IMG/VR virus record: IMGVR_UViG_3300042346_000126
Direction: 5' to 3' (one strand)
Source: an uncultured virus (IMG/VR IMGVR_UViG_3300042346_000126)
Taxonomy: Duplodnaviria > Heunggongvirae > Uroviricota > Caudoviricetes
DNA length: 64,000 nt
Positions 9,454 to 19,046 of this stretch are shown in pieces. The notes below the pieces were generated by a model that saw nothing but the letters and a program-made list of their open reading frames with translations, did not search any database and was not told the DNA's origin. A program made the translations under genes and the position numbers. Each line of letters opens with the position of its first letter. Position 1 is the first letter of the stretch.

Positions 9454-10317
9454 ATGAGCATCATTTACGAAATTACCTGTATCGAAACCGGCAAGTTTTA
9501 CATAGGTAGCACCATGAACAAAGCCCAACGGTGGGCCAGACATAGGCGAGAGCTAAGAGCCGGAATACATGTAAACAAGCATATGCAAGCGGCATGGGCT
9601 AAATATGGCGAGGGGGCTTTTGAGTTTAAAGTCCTCGAAGAAGTGCAAACTCCGGCCTTGTTATTTGCAGTAGAGCAGCGATACTTAGATAAGCATGTAG
9701 GGACCCCGCTTTGCTTCAACTGGTCTAAATATGCGGGCGCTCCTATGAGGGGCAAGTATGGGGCCGATACTCCTAACTTTGGGAAAGTACTGTCTGAGGG
9801 GGCAAAGCAAAAGCTGCGTATTGCCAATAGCGGTGCGAATAACCCTAACTGGGGTAAAACCCCCTCTGATGCAACTAAAGCAAAAATCTCGGAGGCCAAT
9901 GAAACTAACCCATGGAAGGGGCAAAAGCACACCCCGGAATCCATTGCAAAGATAGCCGCTGCCAGTACCGGACGTCCCGTATCGGACGAAACGCGCTTGA
10001 AACGCTCGATAGCGCTCAAAGGGCGAGAGATATCTACTGCCCAACGTTTACAGATATCACGTACCCTGTCAGGCGAGGGTAACTTCTGGTACGGCAAAGA
10101 ACGCTCCGAAGAGTTTAAAGCTCAGATACGAAAGGCGGTTGTAGTGACGGATTCCAAAGGCACTGAGACCGTTTACCCCAGTGTGCAAGCAGTACGAGAG
10201 GCGTTGCAACTTAAACCCCCTACAGTCAACCGGGCACTAAAATCCGGAGCCGCATTAGTTCGTGGCCCACAAGCCGGATTAACGTTCAAATACCTTGCAC
10301 CCACCCCCGCTTCCTGA
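9454..10317 (+). CDS. free-standing GIY-YIG homing endonuclease with NUMOD3 repeats and C-terminal NUMOD1
   Basis: IIYEITCIETGKFYIGS...RWARH; repeated (H/P)(S/T)xE(T/S)KAKIS; YPSVQAVREAL. Confidence 0.9.
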   Translation: MSIIYEITCIETGKFYIGSTMNKAQRWARHRRELRAGIHVNKHMQAAWAKYGEGAFEFKVLEEVQTPALLFAVEQRYLDKHVGTPLCFNWSKYAGAPMRGKYGADTPNFGKVLSEGAKQKLRIANSGANNPNWGKTPSDATKAKISEANETNPWKGQKHTPESIAKIAAASTGRPVSDETRLKRSIALKGREISTAQRLQISRTLSGEGNFWYGKERSEEFKAQIRKAVVVTDSKGTETVYPSVQAVREALQLKPPTVNRALKSGAALVRGPQAGLTFKYLAPTPAS

Positions 10318-10323
10318 TATATT
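10295..10323 (+). promoter_or_regulatory. sigma70-type promoter with extended -10
   Basis: TTGCAC-17 bp-TATATT with TGn immediately before the -10. Confidence 0.6.
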
Positions 10324-10332
10324 GCAAGTATT

Positions 10333-10408
10333 CCGGGGAACCCGGTACATCAAACAGTCCCGGCTGACTGACATGCAAGATTGATGTACTCCAAACGTAT
10401 GTAAGGAA
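10333..10408 (+). ncRNA. structured 5' leader, candidate Mu-gpT-DE-like RNA element
   Basis: GTACATCAA(10345-53)/TTGATGTAC(10381-89) stem enclosing a CAGTC/GACTG hairpin; ACATGC can pair with GTATGT next to the SD. Confidence 0.5.
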
Positions 10409-10413
10409 AGATC

Positions 10414-10887
10414 ATGTCTTTTTCCACTTTTTCTGGCCCCCTGCGCTCTGGCACTGTCAAAGAGAACGCGGGCCGCAATACCGGCCTAGTTATGCTTGCG
10501 CAGTCGTACGACTCGGGCAATATCACTGGCGCAGTAATCGGCAACTACGATGTGGCCGCGTTTACCCTCCCTCAAGGTTCCCAGATCGTCAACATTTTGG
10601 TGGACCAAGTTGCTGCTGCTACAGGCGGCACTACAACCATTTCTGCGGGAACCACGTCTGGAGGCGCTCAGTTGATGGCGGCTGTAGCCACAACGGCTGG
10701 CGGGCGCTTTCAGGGTGTTGCTACTGCGGCTACCCAACTGGCTTGGCAAACCTCCACCACGGCAGATACTACGGTGTACATCCGTAATGTCGTTGGCACA
10801 GGCACACTTACTGCGGGCCGGTTTATCGTAACGTTGGTGTACGTACAACGGGCACCTGACGGTTCGCAATTCCCGGCCTCTGCTTAA
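10414..10887 (+). CDS. virion structural protein
   Basis: MSFSTFSGPLRSG start, beta-rich composition, AAGGA RBS. Confidence 0.7.
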   Translation: MSFSTFSGPLRSGTVKENAGRNTGLVMLAQSYDSGNITGAVIGNYDVAAFTLPQGSQIVNILVDQVAAATGGTTTISAGTTSGGAQLMAAVATTAGGRFQGVATAATQLAWQTSTTADTTVYIRNVVGTGTLTAGRFIVTLVYVQRAPDGSQFPASA

Positions 10888-10895
10888 TCAGGTTT

Positions 10896-10915
10896 GGGGC
10901 TTTGGCCCCTTTTTT
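10896..10915 (+). terminator. rho-independent terminator
   Basis: GGGGC-TTTG-GCCCC followed by a T run. Confidence 0.7.
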
Positions 10916-10931
10916 AGCTTAGGAGAAAAGC

Positions 10932-13058
10932 ATGGGTGGATTTGCACCGTTATATAGTACTGAGACCGGTCGGGCCTCGGCGTGGAAGTCAACAGGGGAC
11001 GCGGCTCACGTAGTCTCTTCCAATATTACCGGAAAATTTCGTGAGGCCTTTGAGGGCTACACCCCGGGTGTTATATGGGGCGAAACAAAAGCTACAGGTG
11101 ATATGGTGTATGTGGACGGCAACGCTGCCGCAGCATCGTACTTGGTCATTAGCAAGTCACCGCTCTACGCAGGGACTGAGACCATACTCACAAACCTAGC
11201 TACATCCCAAATGCCTGTGGAGCTTGCGGTGGGTATGTCCATGTCGCAGCGCACCCTCGGGCAAGAGGTCTCTTCGGAATTTGTCTCTGCTGGGGCGTCG
11301 CTGGCAGATATACCGGACCTTGACATTTCCAGCATTAGTCAAACTACTACCGTATTGACGGTGGATACGGTGCTCCTACACAATTTGAGCGTTGGAAGGG
11401 CCATTGGCATTGCGGGCTGCTCAAACCCGCTGGCAAACTATCCGGCTCTTGTAGTGGCGACTATCCCTAGCCCTACCCAATTCACCTGCACGGCGGGTCC
11501 AGCCGGCACTATTGCTTCCCAGACTATTACGAATCCTGTGGGGGCAAAGGGTGTGGTTTTTTCCCGCGCCCGCCTTGGGCAGGCTGAAGATGGCACGTCC
11601 CTGATTTTTGAACAGCCCACGGCTACTCAAGCGAGTCTGTACAGCCGCTCAGAAGCCGGGGACGCATACCCTTCAGGCACAATTGCAGGGAATCACTCTC
11701 TGACCGTTGGAACCTCCGCTGCAATTCAGCTAGTGGCCTCCGCGTACACCTACGCATTCGGACCGAGCACCGAATACAAGCTGACCCTACAGGCGGATCG
11801 CCTACAGTGGTCTGATGTCGGGGTTGATGCAATTGCGGGCACGACCAACCGACTGACACGTACGAGCGTGATACCCGCGCCAAGCAAGACGTACCAACTG
11901 CGTTTTCGGGCGGCCAACAATGCCTCCCTGACGGTACCCGCTGCGCAGATCATTTCCGCAGTCAAAACCGGCACGACAACGGCGACGATAACCACGGATC
12001 GGGATCACGGATTGGCCTTGGCGGACCCCGTTGTTGTTTATGGAATACGTGACCAAGCCGCTACAGCATTCCCCAATTTGGTTATTGCTACTGCGGTTGC
12101 ATCTATTGTCAGCCCGACATCTTTTACAATTGTGATTGGTACGGCGGCGACCGTGACCAGTTATGGCGGGTACGTGGCTCGCGTTAACGGTGGCAATCTG
12201 ATGTCCGCTTTGGGGGCGGTCGCGCAAGTGGCCCAATCTGCGGTACTTTCTACGCTAGCTGACGGCACCCGGCAACTGGTATTGACAGGATCGGCAAACT
12301 GGGCGGCTCCCGCGATCATCCCCGGCGATACGTTGGAACTGGTCGGATGCCGCGATAATGTGGGTGGCGCAACACTGGGTATCGACGGGGCTTGGAAGGT
12401 TGCAAGTGCCGCCACCACAGCATTAACTCTGGTTTTGCCCTACGCGGCCAGCATGACGCTTCCAGTTGATTTTGGGGCCACCGATTGCGGCGGCGCATTG
12501 ATTAAGCGCACTGAATTGCGTCTGAGCTATGTGCGTATTTTTGACTATGAGCGCGAACGTGTTGAGTTGATGACCCGACCCACCACTGATGTTCAGGGGT
12601 CTGTGCCAGTGCAGGTTACAGGGGGCAGTGTTGTTGTAGCGTCAGGTACCATTACTACGGTATCCACGGTTACTGCGGTTACCGGCGCAGGAACACCTGC
12701 GGTACCGGCGACGCCATACTTTGTGAACTCCTTGGCAACAACCAACGGAGCCTTGATTCTCACGGGTACTAGCGGCGTCCAAGCGTTGTATGCAACAAAT
12801 ATTGGCGCAACAGCAGCGTTTGTGAAGCTGTACAACAAAGCCACAGCGCCGACCGTTGGTACGGATGTGCCTGAGATGGTTATCCCTGTTCCTGCAGCGG
12901 TAGCAGGGGTACCGGGAGTTGCGGAGTTGTCTCCGGGGTTTAACGCATATCGGTTTGCCCTAGGGCTTGGTATCGCCATCACTGGCGCTGTTGCCGATGC
13001 AGATACCACCGCAGTGGCTGCGGGTCAGGTCAAAGTCAAGCTTTCACGCACCGTTTAA
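10932..13058 (+). CDS. large beta-rich virion/fibre-like protein
   Basis: 708 aa Thr/Ala/Gly-rich, with repeated T(I/V)xTxxxHxLxxG-type modules. Confidence 0.6.
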   Translation: MGGFAPLYSTETGRASAWKSTGDAAHVVSSNITGKFREAFEGYTPGVIWGETKATGDMVYVDGNAAAASYLVISKSPLYAGTETILTNLATSQMPVELAVGMSMSQRTLGQEVSSEFVSAGASLADIPDLDISSISQTTTVLTVDTVLLHNLSVGRAIGIAGCSNPLANYPALVVATIPSPTQFTCTAGPAGTIASQTITNPVGAKGVVFSRARLGQAEDGTSLIFEQPTATQASLYSRSEAGDAYPSGTIAGNHSLTVGTSAAIQLVASAYTYAFGPSTEYKLTLQADRLQWSDVGVDAIAGTTNRLTRTSVIPAPSKTYQLRFRAANNASLTVPAAQIISAVKTGTTTATITTDRDHGLALADPVVVYGIRDQAATAFPNLVIATAVASIVSPTSFTIVIGTAATVTSYGGYVARVNGGNLMSALGAVAQVAQSAVLSTLADGTRQLVLTGSANWAAPAIIPGDTLELVGCRDNVGGATLGIDGAWKVASAATTALTLVLPYAASMTLPVDFGATDCGGALIKRTELRLSYVRIFDYERERVELMTRPTTDVQGSVPVQVTGGSVVVASGTITTVSTVTAVTGAGTPAVPATPYFVNSLATTNGALILTGTSGVQALYATNIGATAAFVKLYNKATAPTVGTDVPEMVIPVPAAVAGVPGVAELSPGFNAYRFALGLGIAITGAVADADTTAVAAGQVKVKLSRTV

Positions 13059-13068
13059 GAGGTATATC

Positions 13069-13233
13069 ATGGGACTCACTGAACTTATCGCCATTCTGAC
13101 TAATCGGTTGGCGTATCTAACTTCGCAACGCACGGAAGCGTTTTCTCGAGGAGATATCACTATGCTGGCTTTGCTGGATGCCGATATCGACAAAACCACA
13201 GTTACGCTGCGCGTACTCCAGCAGGCAGCGTAG
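13069..13233 (+). CDS. small hypothetical protein
   Basis: GAGG RBS then ATG at 13069. Confidence 0.6.
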   Translation: MGLTELIAILTNRLAYLTSQRTEAFSRGDITMLALLDADIDKTTVTLRVLQQAA

Positions 13234-13234
13234 C

Positions 13235-13474
13235 ATGCCTAAAAATCCATCTCTTGCCGTAGGTCGCGGCGAAAAACTTCCAGTGTCCAAGGGCGCGGGG
13301 TTAACCGCCAAGGGCCGCGCTAAGTACAATAAAGCTACCGGCTCTAACCTTAAGGCCCCCCAGCCGCAAGGCGGGGCTCGGAAAGATTCATTTTGCGCGA
13401 GAATGGCACCTATCGCAGAAAAATCGAAAGAAGGTAGTCGTGCTAGAGCGTCAATGCAAAGATGGAAATGTTGA
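13235..13474 (+). CDS. small basic protein
   Basis: GLTAKGRAKYN...RKDSFCARM...RWKC. Confidence 0.7.
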   Translation: MPKNPSLAVGRGEKLPVSKGAGLTAKGRAKYNKATGSNLKAPQPQGGARKDSFCARMAPIAEKSKEGSRARASMQRWKC

Positions 13475-13475
13475 A

Positions 13476-13808
13476 ATGTTTGAGGCACGTACTGGGCCTG
13501 ACCGTAGCGACGAACTCAATATGGTTCGCGAAATGCTGAACATGGCTGAGGCACGTACTGGGGCCGACCGTAGAACTGAACTCGATATGGTTCGGGAGAT
13601 TGCCACACACGCCTCTGATATCCGGCATATCCAAGAAGATATGGATAAGATGTTGGAAGGCATGAAGAGTATGCAGAAGAGCCTTGCGGACATTAACGTC
13701 ACACTGTCGGAAGCTAAAGGCGGGTGGCGGGTACTGTTGATTATTGGGGGTGCTGCTGGTACAGTAGGTGCCGGGGCTATGCACCTCATCAACTGGTGGA
13801 ATAAGTAG
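13476..13808 (+). CDS. coiled-coil protein with C-terminal TM helix (XhlA/holin-like)
   Basis: Coiled coil then GGWRVLLIIGGAAG; N-terminal 66-bp tandem duplication. Confidence 0.6.
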   Translation: MFEARTGPDRSDELNMVREMLNMAEARTGADRRTELDMVREIATHASDIRHIQEDMDKMLEGMKSMQKSLADINVTLSEAKGGWRVLLIIGGAAGTVGAGAMHLINWWNK

Positions 13809-14185
13809 TGCCTTCTTCGACTATAAAGCAACATAATTTCATGGCGGCAATCGCCAAGAATCCTGCCTTTGCCAAGAAGGCCGGTGTCCCTCAGTCCGTA
13901 GGGGCTGATTTTATCAAGGCCGATACAGGTCGTAAATTTGCAAAAGGTGGTGAGACTATGGCTACAAAGAAATCGATGCCCAAGGGCATGTTCGGCGGCA
14001 AGGAATCCATGAAGGAAGAGTTGGCGGAAGCCAAAGCTATCAAGGCCGGTAAGATTACCCCCATGCAGTACGCTAAGGGTGAGAAGTCCGAAAAGACTCG
14101 TAAGATGGCTAAAGGCGGCGGAGTGGAGTCTAAGGGTAAAACCAAGGGCACAATGATTAAAATGGCTGGCGGAGGTAAATGCTAA
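13808..14185 (+). CDS. small basic Lys/Gly-rich protein
   Basis: Repeated (F/Y/M)AKG(G/E) motifs. Confidence 0.7.
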   Translation: MPSSTIKQHNFMAAIAKNPAFAKKAGVPQSVGADFIKADTGRKFAKGGETMATKKSMPKGMFGGKESMKEELAEAKAIKAGKITPMQYAKGEKSEKTRKMAKGGGVESKGKTKGTMIKMAGGGKC

Positions 14186-14475
14186 TGGACCGCCCATCTA
14201 AACAAGAAATTGATGACCTGCGTAAGCAGGCCCTTATTGACGCTGCGTATGAGGCTTCTATGCGCAATACTCCTCCCGCGCCAATGCGGCCCGCCTCCGC
14301 GCCTAGGGCTAAAGCACAGTCTGCTGCTGTTACAGAGATGCTTCAGGAAGCCCAAGACGCTAAGGCCCGTAAGAAAATTTCGGCTATGGGGTACGCTAAA
14401 GGCGGTTCTGTTAGTGCTTCCAAACGTGCTGACGGCTGCGCCACCAAGGGCAAGACCCGGGGTAAAATGCTGTGA
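14179..14475 (+). CDS. small basic protein
   Basis: YAKGGSVSASKRADGCATKGKTRGK. Confidence 0.7.
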   Translation: MLMDRPSKQEIDDLRKQALIDAAYEASMRNTPPAPMRPASAPRAKAQSAAVTEMLQEAQDAKARKKISAMGYAKGGSVSASKRADGCATKGKTRGKML

Positions 14476-14476
14476 T

Positions 14477-15157
14477 ATGGTTGTTACTTACGCGCATCAC
14501 CGGCAGGATACGGGCCAAGTGTTTTACATTGGTAAGGGTAGCCTGCGGCGGGCGCATGAGCAGCGTGGACACAACCGTTATTGGAACGCAGTAGCCGCAA
14601 AGCATGGGTATAAAGTGTCTGTGCTAGCAAAATGGGACACTGATGCGGAAGCGTTTGCGCACGAAAAGTTTCTTATTGCGTGTTTCAAAGAATTAGGGCA
14701 TCCTTTGACGAATGCTACAAGCGGTGGGGAGGGGGTATCCGGGTGGACTTGGAGTACAAGCCAACGTGAAAAGTTAATAGCGGCGCTGACGGGGCGCACG
14801 GGCACGTTTACTGGGAAGAAACACTCTTCAGAAACCCGAGCGTTAATTAGTAAAAAGCTAAAAGGCAAGCCGGGTTCAAGATTAGGTGCAAAGTTATCGC
14901 CGGAACAAAAAGTTGCCGCTTCTGTTCGAGGTAAACAACAATTTGCGTCTAAGCAATCCAGAGACCAGCACCGGCTGCTGGCACGGGCACAGATGCGCTC
15001 AGTTGCGGCTGGCGGGAAAACTTTTGAGAGTGTACATGCTTTAGCTATACATCTAGGAAAACCGTTAAGTACGGTCCACAGATGGGTAGCCCGAGGGTGG
15101 CAGGATCGCTTAGATGCGGCGGTTGCGCAACTGGAGAATATTTATGCGGGCGAGTAG
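14477..15157 (+). CDS. free-standing GIY-YIG homing endonuclease (NUMOD3)
   Basis: TYAHHRQDTGQVFYIGKG...LTNATSGGEG...GKKHSSETRALIS. Confidence 0.85.
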   Translation: MVVTYAHHRQDTGQVFYIGKGSLRRAHEQRGHNRYWNAVAAKHGYKVSVLAKWDTDAEAFAHEKFLIACFKELGHPLTNATSGGEGVSGWTWSTSQREKLIAALTGRTGTFTGKKHSSETRALISKKLKGKPGSRLGAKLSPEQKVAASVRGKQQFASKQSRDQHRLLARAQMRSVAAGGKTFESVHALAIHLGKPLSTVHRWVARGWQDRLDAAVAQLENIYAGE

Positions 15158-15365
15158 GGGTATGGGGGTGATAATGGGGTCAAAGATGCCTAAGGCAAAG
15201 CGAACGAAGCGCCGGGACGATACCGACTTCGAAACCTTTGCTGAAGGCGGCACTGTGGGGCTGTGGGATAACATCAATGCCAAGCGAAAGCGCGGGGCCA
15301 AGATGCGCAAGCCCGGGTCTCCCGGCGCTCCGACTGACAAAGCATTTAAAGATTCGGCCAAATAA
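15144..15365 (+). CDS. small basic protein
   Basis: MRASRGMG...FAEGG...GLWDNINAKRKR...PGSPGAPT. Confidence 0.7.
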   Translation: MRASRGMGVIMGSKMPKAKRTKRRDDTDFETFAEGGTVGLWDNINAKRKRGAKMRKPGSPGAPTDKAFKDSAK

Positions 15366-15427
15366 TGACTACCTTGGGGGGGCGGGTTCTTTGTGATATA
15401 GTACCCCGTACACACTTGAAAGCACGT

Positions 15428-16294
15428 ATGTACGGGGTTATTTACAAAATTACAAACACTACAAACGGCCATTTCTACATAGGCCAGACTAAGATGCAGT
15501 TGTCGTCACGGTGGTCGAAACACAAACAAGACGCTAGAGCGGGCAAGGGGTGGGTATTAGCCGCCGCAATCCGCAAGTACGGGGCCGATGCGTTTACCCA
15601 TGAAGTGATTGATAGTTGTGCGGATATGGATGCGCTTAATCTCGCGGAGATACGCTACATTGAGACCTTAAAACCACAATACAATTCCTGTGCTGGGGGC
15701 GGCGGGTTAGGTAGTCCAACGCAAGCAGTTCGACAGAAAATATCTGCCGCTATGAAAGGGCGGCTAACATCTGCGGGTACACGCGCAAGAATGTCGGCAG
15801 CGCAAAAAGGGCATTTCGTATCCCCAGAAACAACCGCTAAGATTCAAGCCGCGTTAAAGCCACGCTACCTTGCTATGCGTAATCTACGCATCCTAAAAAA
15901 CGGTACCGCCGCTCGTGTTCGGATGCCTCGCGCCTACGTTAGCCCCCTTGCGGGTGTCTATGCGGCAGCAGGGGTCACTGAGAAGAACGCAAAGATTGCT
16001 CTGGCGGCTAGGTTGGGGTATGAAACAGGAACGCGGATACGGCCTATAGGCGAGAAGAACGCAATGTATGGAGTCCCCCGGTCAGAAACAACTAAAGCCT
16101 TGCTATCCATAGAAAATACGGGCGACGGTAACCCGTTTTATGGTAGGTTGCATACAGAAGATACGCGTGATAAGATGCGAAAAGCCCACGCTTCGCGTGC
16201 CCCGGTAACCTGCCCACACTGCGGCAAGGTAGGCCACGTAAACGCTATGAAACGATGGCATTTTAAGAATTGCAGGGACCAAAATGGCAACTAG
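15428..16294 (+). CDS. free-standing GIY-YIG homing endonuclease (NUMOD3, C-terminal CPHC motif)
   Basis: GVIYKITNTTNGHFYIGQT...RWSKH; GRLHTEDTRDKMR; ATG at 15428 preferred. Confidence 0.88.
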   Translation: MYGVIYKITNTTNGHFYIGQTKMQLSSRWSKHKQDARAGKGWVLAAAIRKYGADAFTHEVIDSCADMDALNLAEIRYIETLKPQYNSCAGGGGLGSPTQAVRQKISAAMKGRLTSAGTRARMSAAQKGHFVSPETTAKIQAALKPRYLAMRNLRILKNGTAARVRMPRAYVSPLAGVYAAAGVTEKNAKIALAARLGYETGTRIRPIGEKNAMYGVPRSETTKALLSIENTGDGNPFYGRLHTEDTRDKMRKAHASRAPVTCPHCGKVGHVNAMKRWHFKNCRDQNGN

Positions 16295-16976
16295 TGGCAC
16301 GACAGCTTTTAACTTAGACCTGACGGAACTGGTAGAAGAAGCGTACTCCCGTTGCGGGGCAGAGCTTAGGACCGGCTGGGATTTACGCACTGCCCGTATT
16401 TCGTTAAACCTGATGTTCGCAGACTGGTCGAATCGCGGTATCAACCTCTGGACTGTAGAGCAGGGCTCGATCCCTCTTGTAGCAGGCACGGCTACGTACG
16501 ATCTGCCGGATAACACTGTGGACTTGATGGAACATGTTATCCGTACAGGTGCAGGGAGCGCCTCTACGCAGGCTGATCTGACGATTACGCGCATTAGTGT
16601 CTCCACCTATGCCACACTACCCAATAAACTGACTCAGGCGCGTCCTATTCAGGTCTACATTAACAGGCAAGCCCCTACCCCCACGGTAACCGTGTGGCCG
16701 GTCCCAGATGCCGCGCAGGCCTATACCTTCGTGTACTGGCGGCTCAAGCGTATTCAGGATGCTGGAAGTGGTAGCAATACGATGGCGGTGCCGTTCCGGT
16801 TCCTTCCCTGCATGGTGGCGGGGCTGGCGTATTATCTGTCCATGAAAGTCCCCGGGGCGATAGACCGTATGCAGGCCTTGAAGGCTCAGTACGATGAGGC
16901 ATGGGATTTAGCTTCGTCCGAAGATAGGGACAAGGCGGCAGTGCGTTTCGTCCCACGCCAGATGTTTCTTGGCTAG
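16284..16976 (+). CDS. head-tail adaptor-like protein
   Basis: MATSGTTAFNLDL...LNLMFADWSNRGINLW; position. Confidence 0.65.
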   Translation: MATSGTTAFNLDLTELVEEAYSRCGAELRTGWDLRTARISLNLMFADWSNRGINLWTVEQGSIPLVAGTATYDLPDNTVDLMEHVIRTGAGSASTQADLTITRISVSTYATLPNKLTQARPIQVYINRQAPTPTVTVWPVPDAAQAYTFVYWRLKRIQDAGSGSNTMAVPFRFLPCMVAGLAYYLSMKVPGAIDRMQALKAQYDEAWDLASSEDRDKAAVRFVPRQMFLG

Positions 16977-16978
16977 CC

Positions 16979-17368
16979 ATGTCAAATAAATTCGCCAACG
17001 GCAAGCGAGCTATAAGTACCTGTGATCGCTGCGGATTTCAGTACAAACTCAAGCTGCTCAAAAAAGAAGTTGTAAAGACCAAACAGATTAGCTTGCTGGT
17101 CTGCCCTACCTGCTGGACCCCCGATCAGCCTCAGTTGCAACTGGGTATGTACCCAGTGTCGGACCCACAGGGGCTTCGAGAGCCCCGACCAGACCGCAGC
17201 TACAACACCTCCGGGATACTTGCAAATGGCTCCTACGGCGGCGGTAGCCGGGTATTTCAGTGGGGCTGGAATCCTGTAGGGGGTTCAAGTAGTTTTGATG
17301 CCGTGCTGACGCCAAATAGCTTGGTGGCTACGGGGTTTGTCGGTACCGTTGCGGTAGTGATTTCATAA
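16979..17368 (+). CDS. hypothetical protein with CxxC...CxxC
   Basis: CDRCG and CPTCW motifs. Confidence 0.7.
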   Translation: MSNKFANGKRAISTCDRCGFQYKLKLLKKEVVKTKQISLLVCPTCWTPDQPQLQLGMYPVSDPQGLREPRPDRSYNTSGILANGSYGGGSRVFQWGWNPVGGSSSFDAVLTPNSLVATGFVGTVAVVIS

Positions 17369-17377
17369 GGAGCCACA

Positions 17378-17656
17378 ATGAAAACATGGATTGCCGATCT
17401 GGAGTTGCGTCAGCGCCTGCTGATTGCGTTGATTGCCGTGGATCACTTGGTGCTGGTGCTACTCACACTGGGCAATTGCGCACGGGGCGAAACGATCTCA
17501 GCAAGTGCTTGGAGACAAGAGCAGGCTGGCAAGCTGCAAGGGCGCATTGCGCGGCCCGTGATCGACTGGCTATTTCACTTCATTGAGCGTGACCATTGTT
17601 CACAATCGTGGTTAGCTGAAAAGCACATGTACACCACACCCCCACGCGAGCGCTGA
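17378..17656 (+). CDS. hypothetical protein
   Basis: AAGGAG RBS; ETISA...IDWLF...DHC. Confidence 0.7.
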   Translation: MKTWIADLELRQRLLIALIAVDHLVLVLLTLGNCARGETISASAWRQEQAGKLQGRIARPVIDWLFHFIERDHCSQSWLAEKHMYTTPPRER

Positions 17657-17758
17657 ATGCGTGGGACTTGCGCCTAGTGGCGCTAGAAACTACCAAAGTT
17701 TAGATTGACAAATTCGTATAACTTGGCACACTGCCATAGTCACTAAAAGGAGCCTACG

Positions 17759-17956
17759 ATGGCATTCACCAAGAAGATGATGGGCAAGGAAGTTGGCGCA
17801 GCCTCTGTATATGCAAAGCCTCATACAGGCTCTGTTGCGGGCGTAGACTTGACCAATAACGGCTACCCGCAGACTGGCATTAAAACCACGGGTACCAAGA
17901 CTCGCGGTAACGGCGCAGCCACAAAGGGCGTGACCGCCCGAGGACCGATGGCGTAA
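17759..17956 (+). CDS. small basic protein
   Basis: AGGAG RBS; RGNGAATKG. Confidence 0.7.
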   Translation: MAFTKKMMGKEVGAASVYAKPHTGSVAGVDLTNNGYPQTGIKTTGTKTRGNGAATKGVTARGPMA

Positions 17957-17957
17957 C

Positions 17958-18617
17958 ATGGCTATGACCTATACGGAGTTGTGCGCGAATATCGCGGACA
18001 TTACTCAAAACGAGTACACGGCTGCGGAATACAAGATGTTCACGCAGCAGACTGAACAGCGTATATTCAATTCTGTTCAGCTTCCGTCGCTCCGTAAAAC
18101 TGCAGCTATTGCCTCTGTTATTGGGAATCAGTTCATCAACGTCCCTACAGATTTCCTGTCCGCGTTCTCCGTTGCGGTAGTAGACCCAACAACTTTGGAG
18201 TACACGTACCTGCTCAATAAGGATGTCAACTTTATCCGGGAAGCGTATCCTACGGTAGCTGCTACGGGAACTCCGAAGCATTACGCTATCTATGGAAACC
18301 AGACGGGCACTGAACTCGCACTGCGATTCATCCTAGGCCCAACTCCCGATAAGGTCTACTCTACAGAGCTAGCTTACTTCTACTACCCAGAGTCCATTGT
18401 TACTGCTGGAACCACATGGCTAGGCGAGAACTTCGATTCCGCCCTGCTAAACGGAGCCCTCGTAGAAGCCATTCGCTTTATGAAGGGTGAGCAGGATATG
18501 GTCAAGCTGTACCAAGACATGTACGTACAGTCGCTTACGCTGCTCAAAAACTTGGGTGATGGCAAGCTCCGTCAGGATGCTTACCGTAGCGGACAACCCC
18601 GAAACGCGGTAATTTGA
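17958..18617 (+). CDS. adaptor / tail tubular protein A-like
   Basis: GTPKHYA...LGPTPD...LLNGALVEA. Confidence 0.65.
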   Translation: MAMTYTELCANIADITQNEYTAAEYKMFTQQTEQRIFNSVQLPSLRKTAAIASVIGNQFINVPTDFLSAFSVAVVDPTTLEYTYLLNKDVNFIREAYPTVAATGTPKHYAIYGNQTGTELALRFILGPTPDKVYSTELAYFYYPESIVTAGTTWLGENFDSALLNGALVEAIRFMKGEQDMVKLYQDMYVQSLTLLKNLGDGKLRQDAYRSGQPRNAVI

Positions 18618-18618
18618 T

Positions 18619-19038
18619 ATGGCTATAGCCCAAACCCTGTGCTCCAGCTTCAAACAGCAACTGTTTTTGGCGCAACACGACCTCAGTACGGATGTAATCA
18701 AGATCGCTCTGTACACGAGTGCCGCTTCTATCGGGCCGGATACTACGGTCTATTCGGTATCGGATGAGGTAGTGGGTACGGGATACACTGCGGGGGGGAT
18801 TCCCCTTACTGGCGCTACCGTGTTGCTATCAGGCACAACGGCCTACGTAGACTTTGACAACGCGGTATGGCCTGCGGCTACCTTTACAGCCCGGGGAGCC
18901 CTTTTGTACAATAGCTCCAAGGCAAACAAAGCCGTAGCAGTCTTGGATTTTGGGGCGGACAAAACGGGGTCTGCGCAAACATTCACGATTCAAATGCCCG
19001 CAAATGTAGCGTCTAGTGCGCTGCTTCGGATAGCTTAA
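18619..19038 (+). CDS. virion structural protein
   Basis: KIALYTS...GYTAGG...ARGALLYN. Confidence 0.65.
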   Translation: MAIAQTLCSSFKQQLFLAQHDLSTDVIKIALYTSAASIGPDTTVYSVSDEVVGTGYTAGGIPLTGATVLLSGTTAYVDFDNAVWPAATFTARGALLYNSSKANKAVAVLDFGADKTGSAQTFTIQMPANVASSALLRIA

Positions 19039-19046
19039 AGGTTAAT

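Noticed and set aside
9363..10413. Group I intron around the GIY-YIG gene
   Set aside because: The capsid gene ends intact with a terminator, the flanks are too short for a ribozyme core, and no gene is split.
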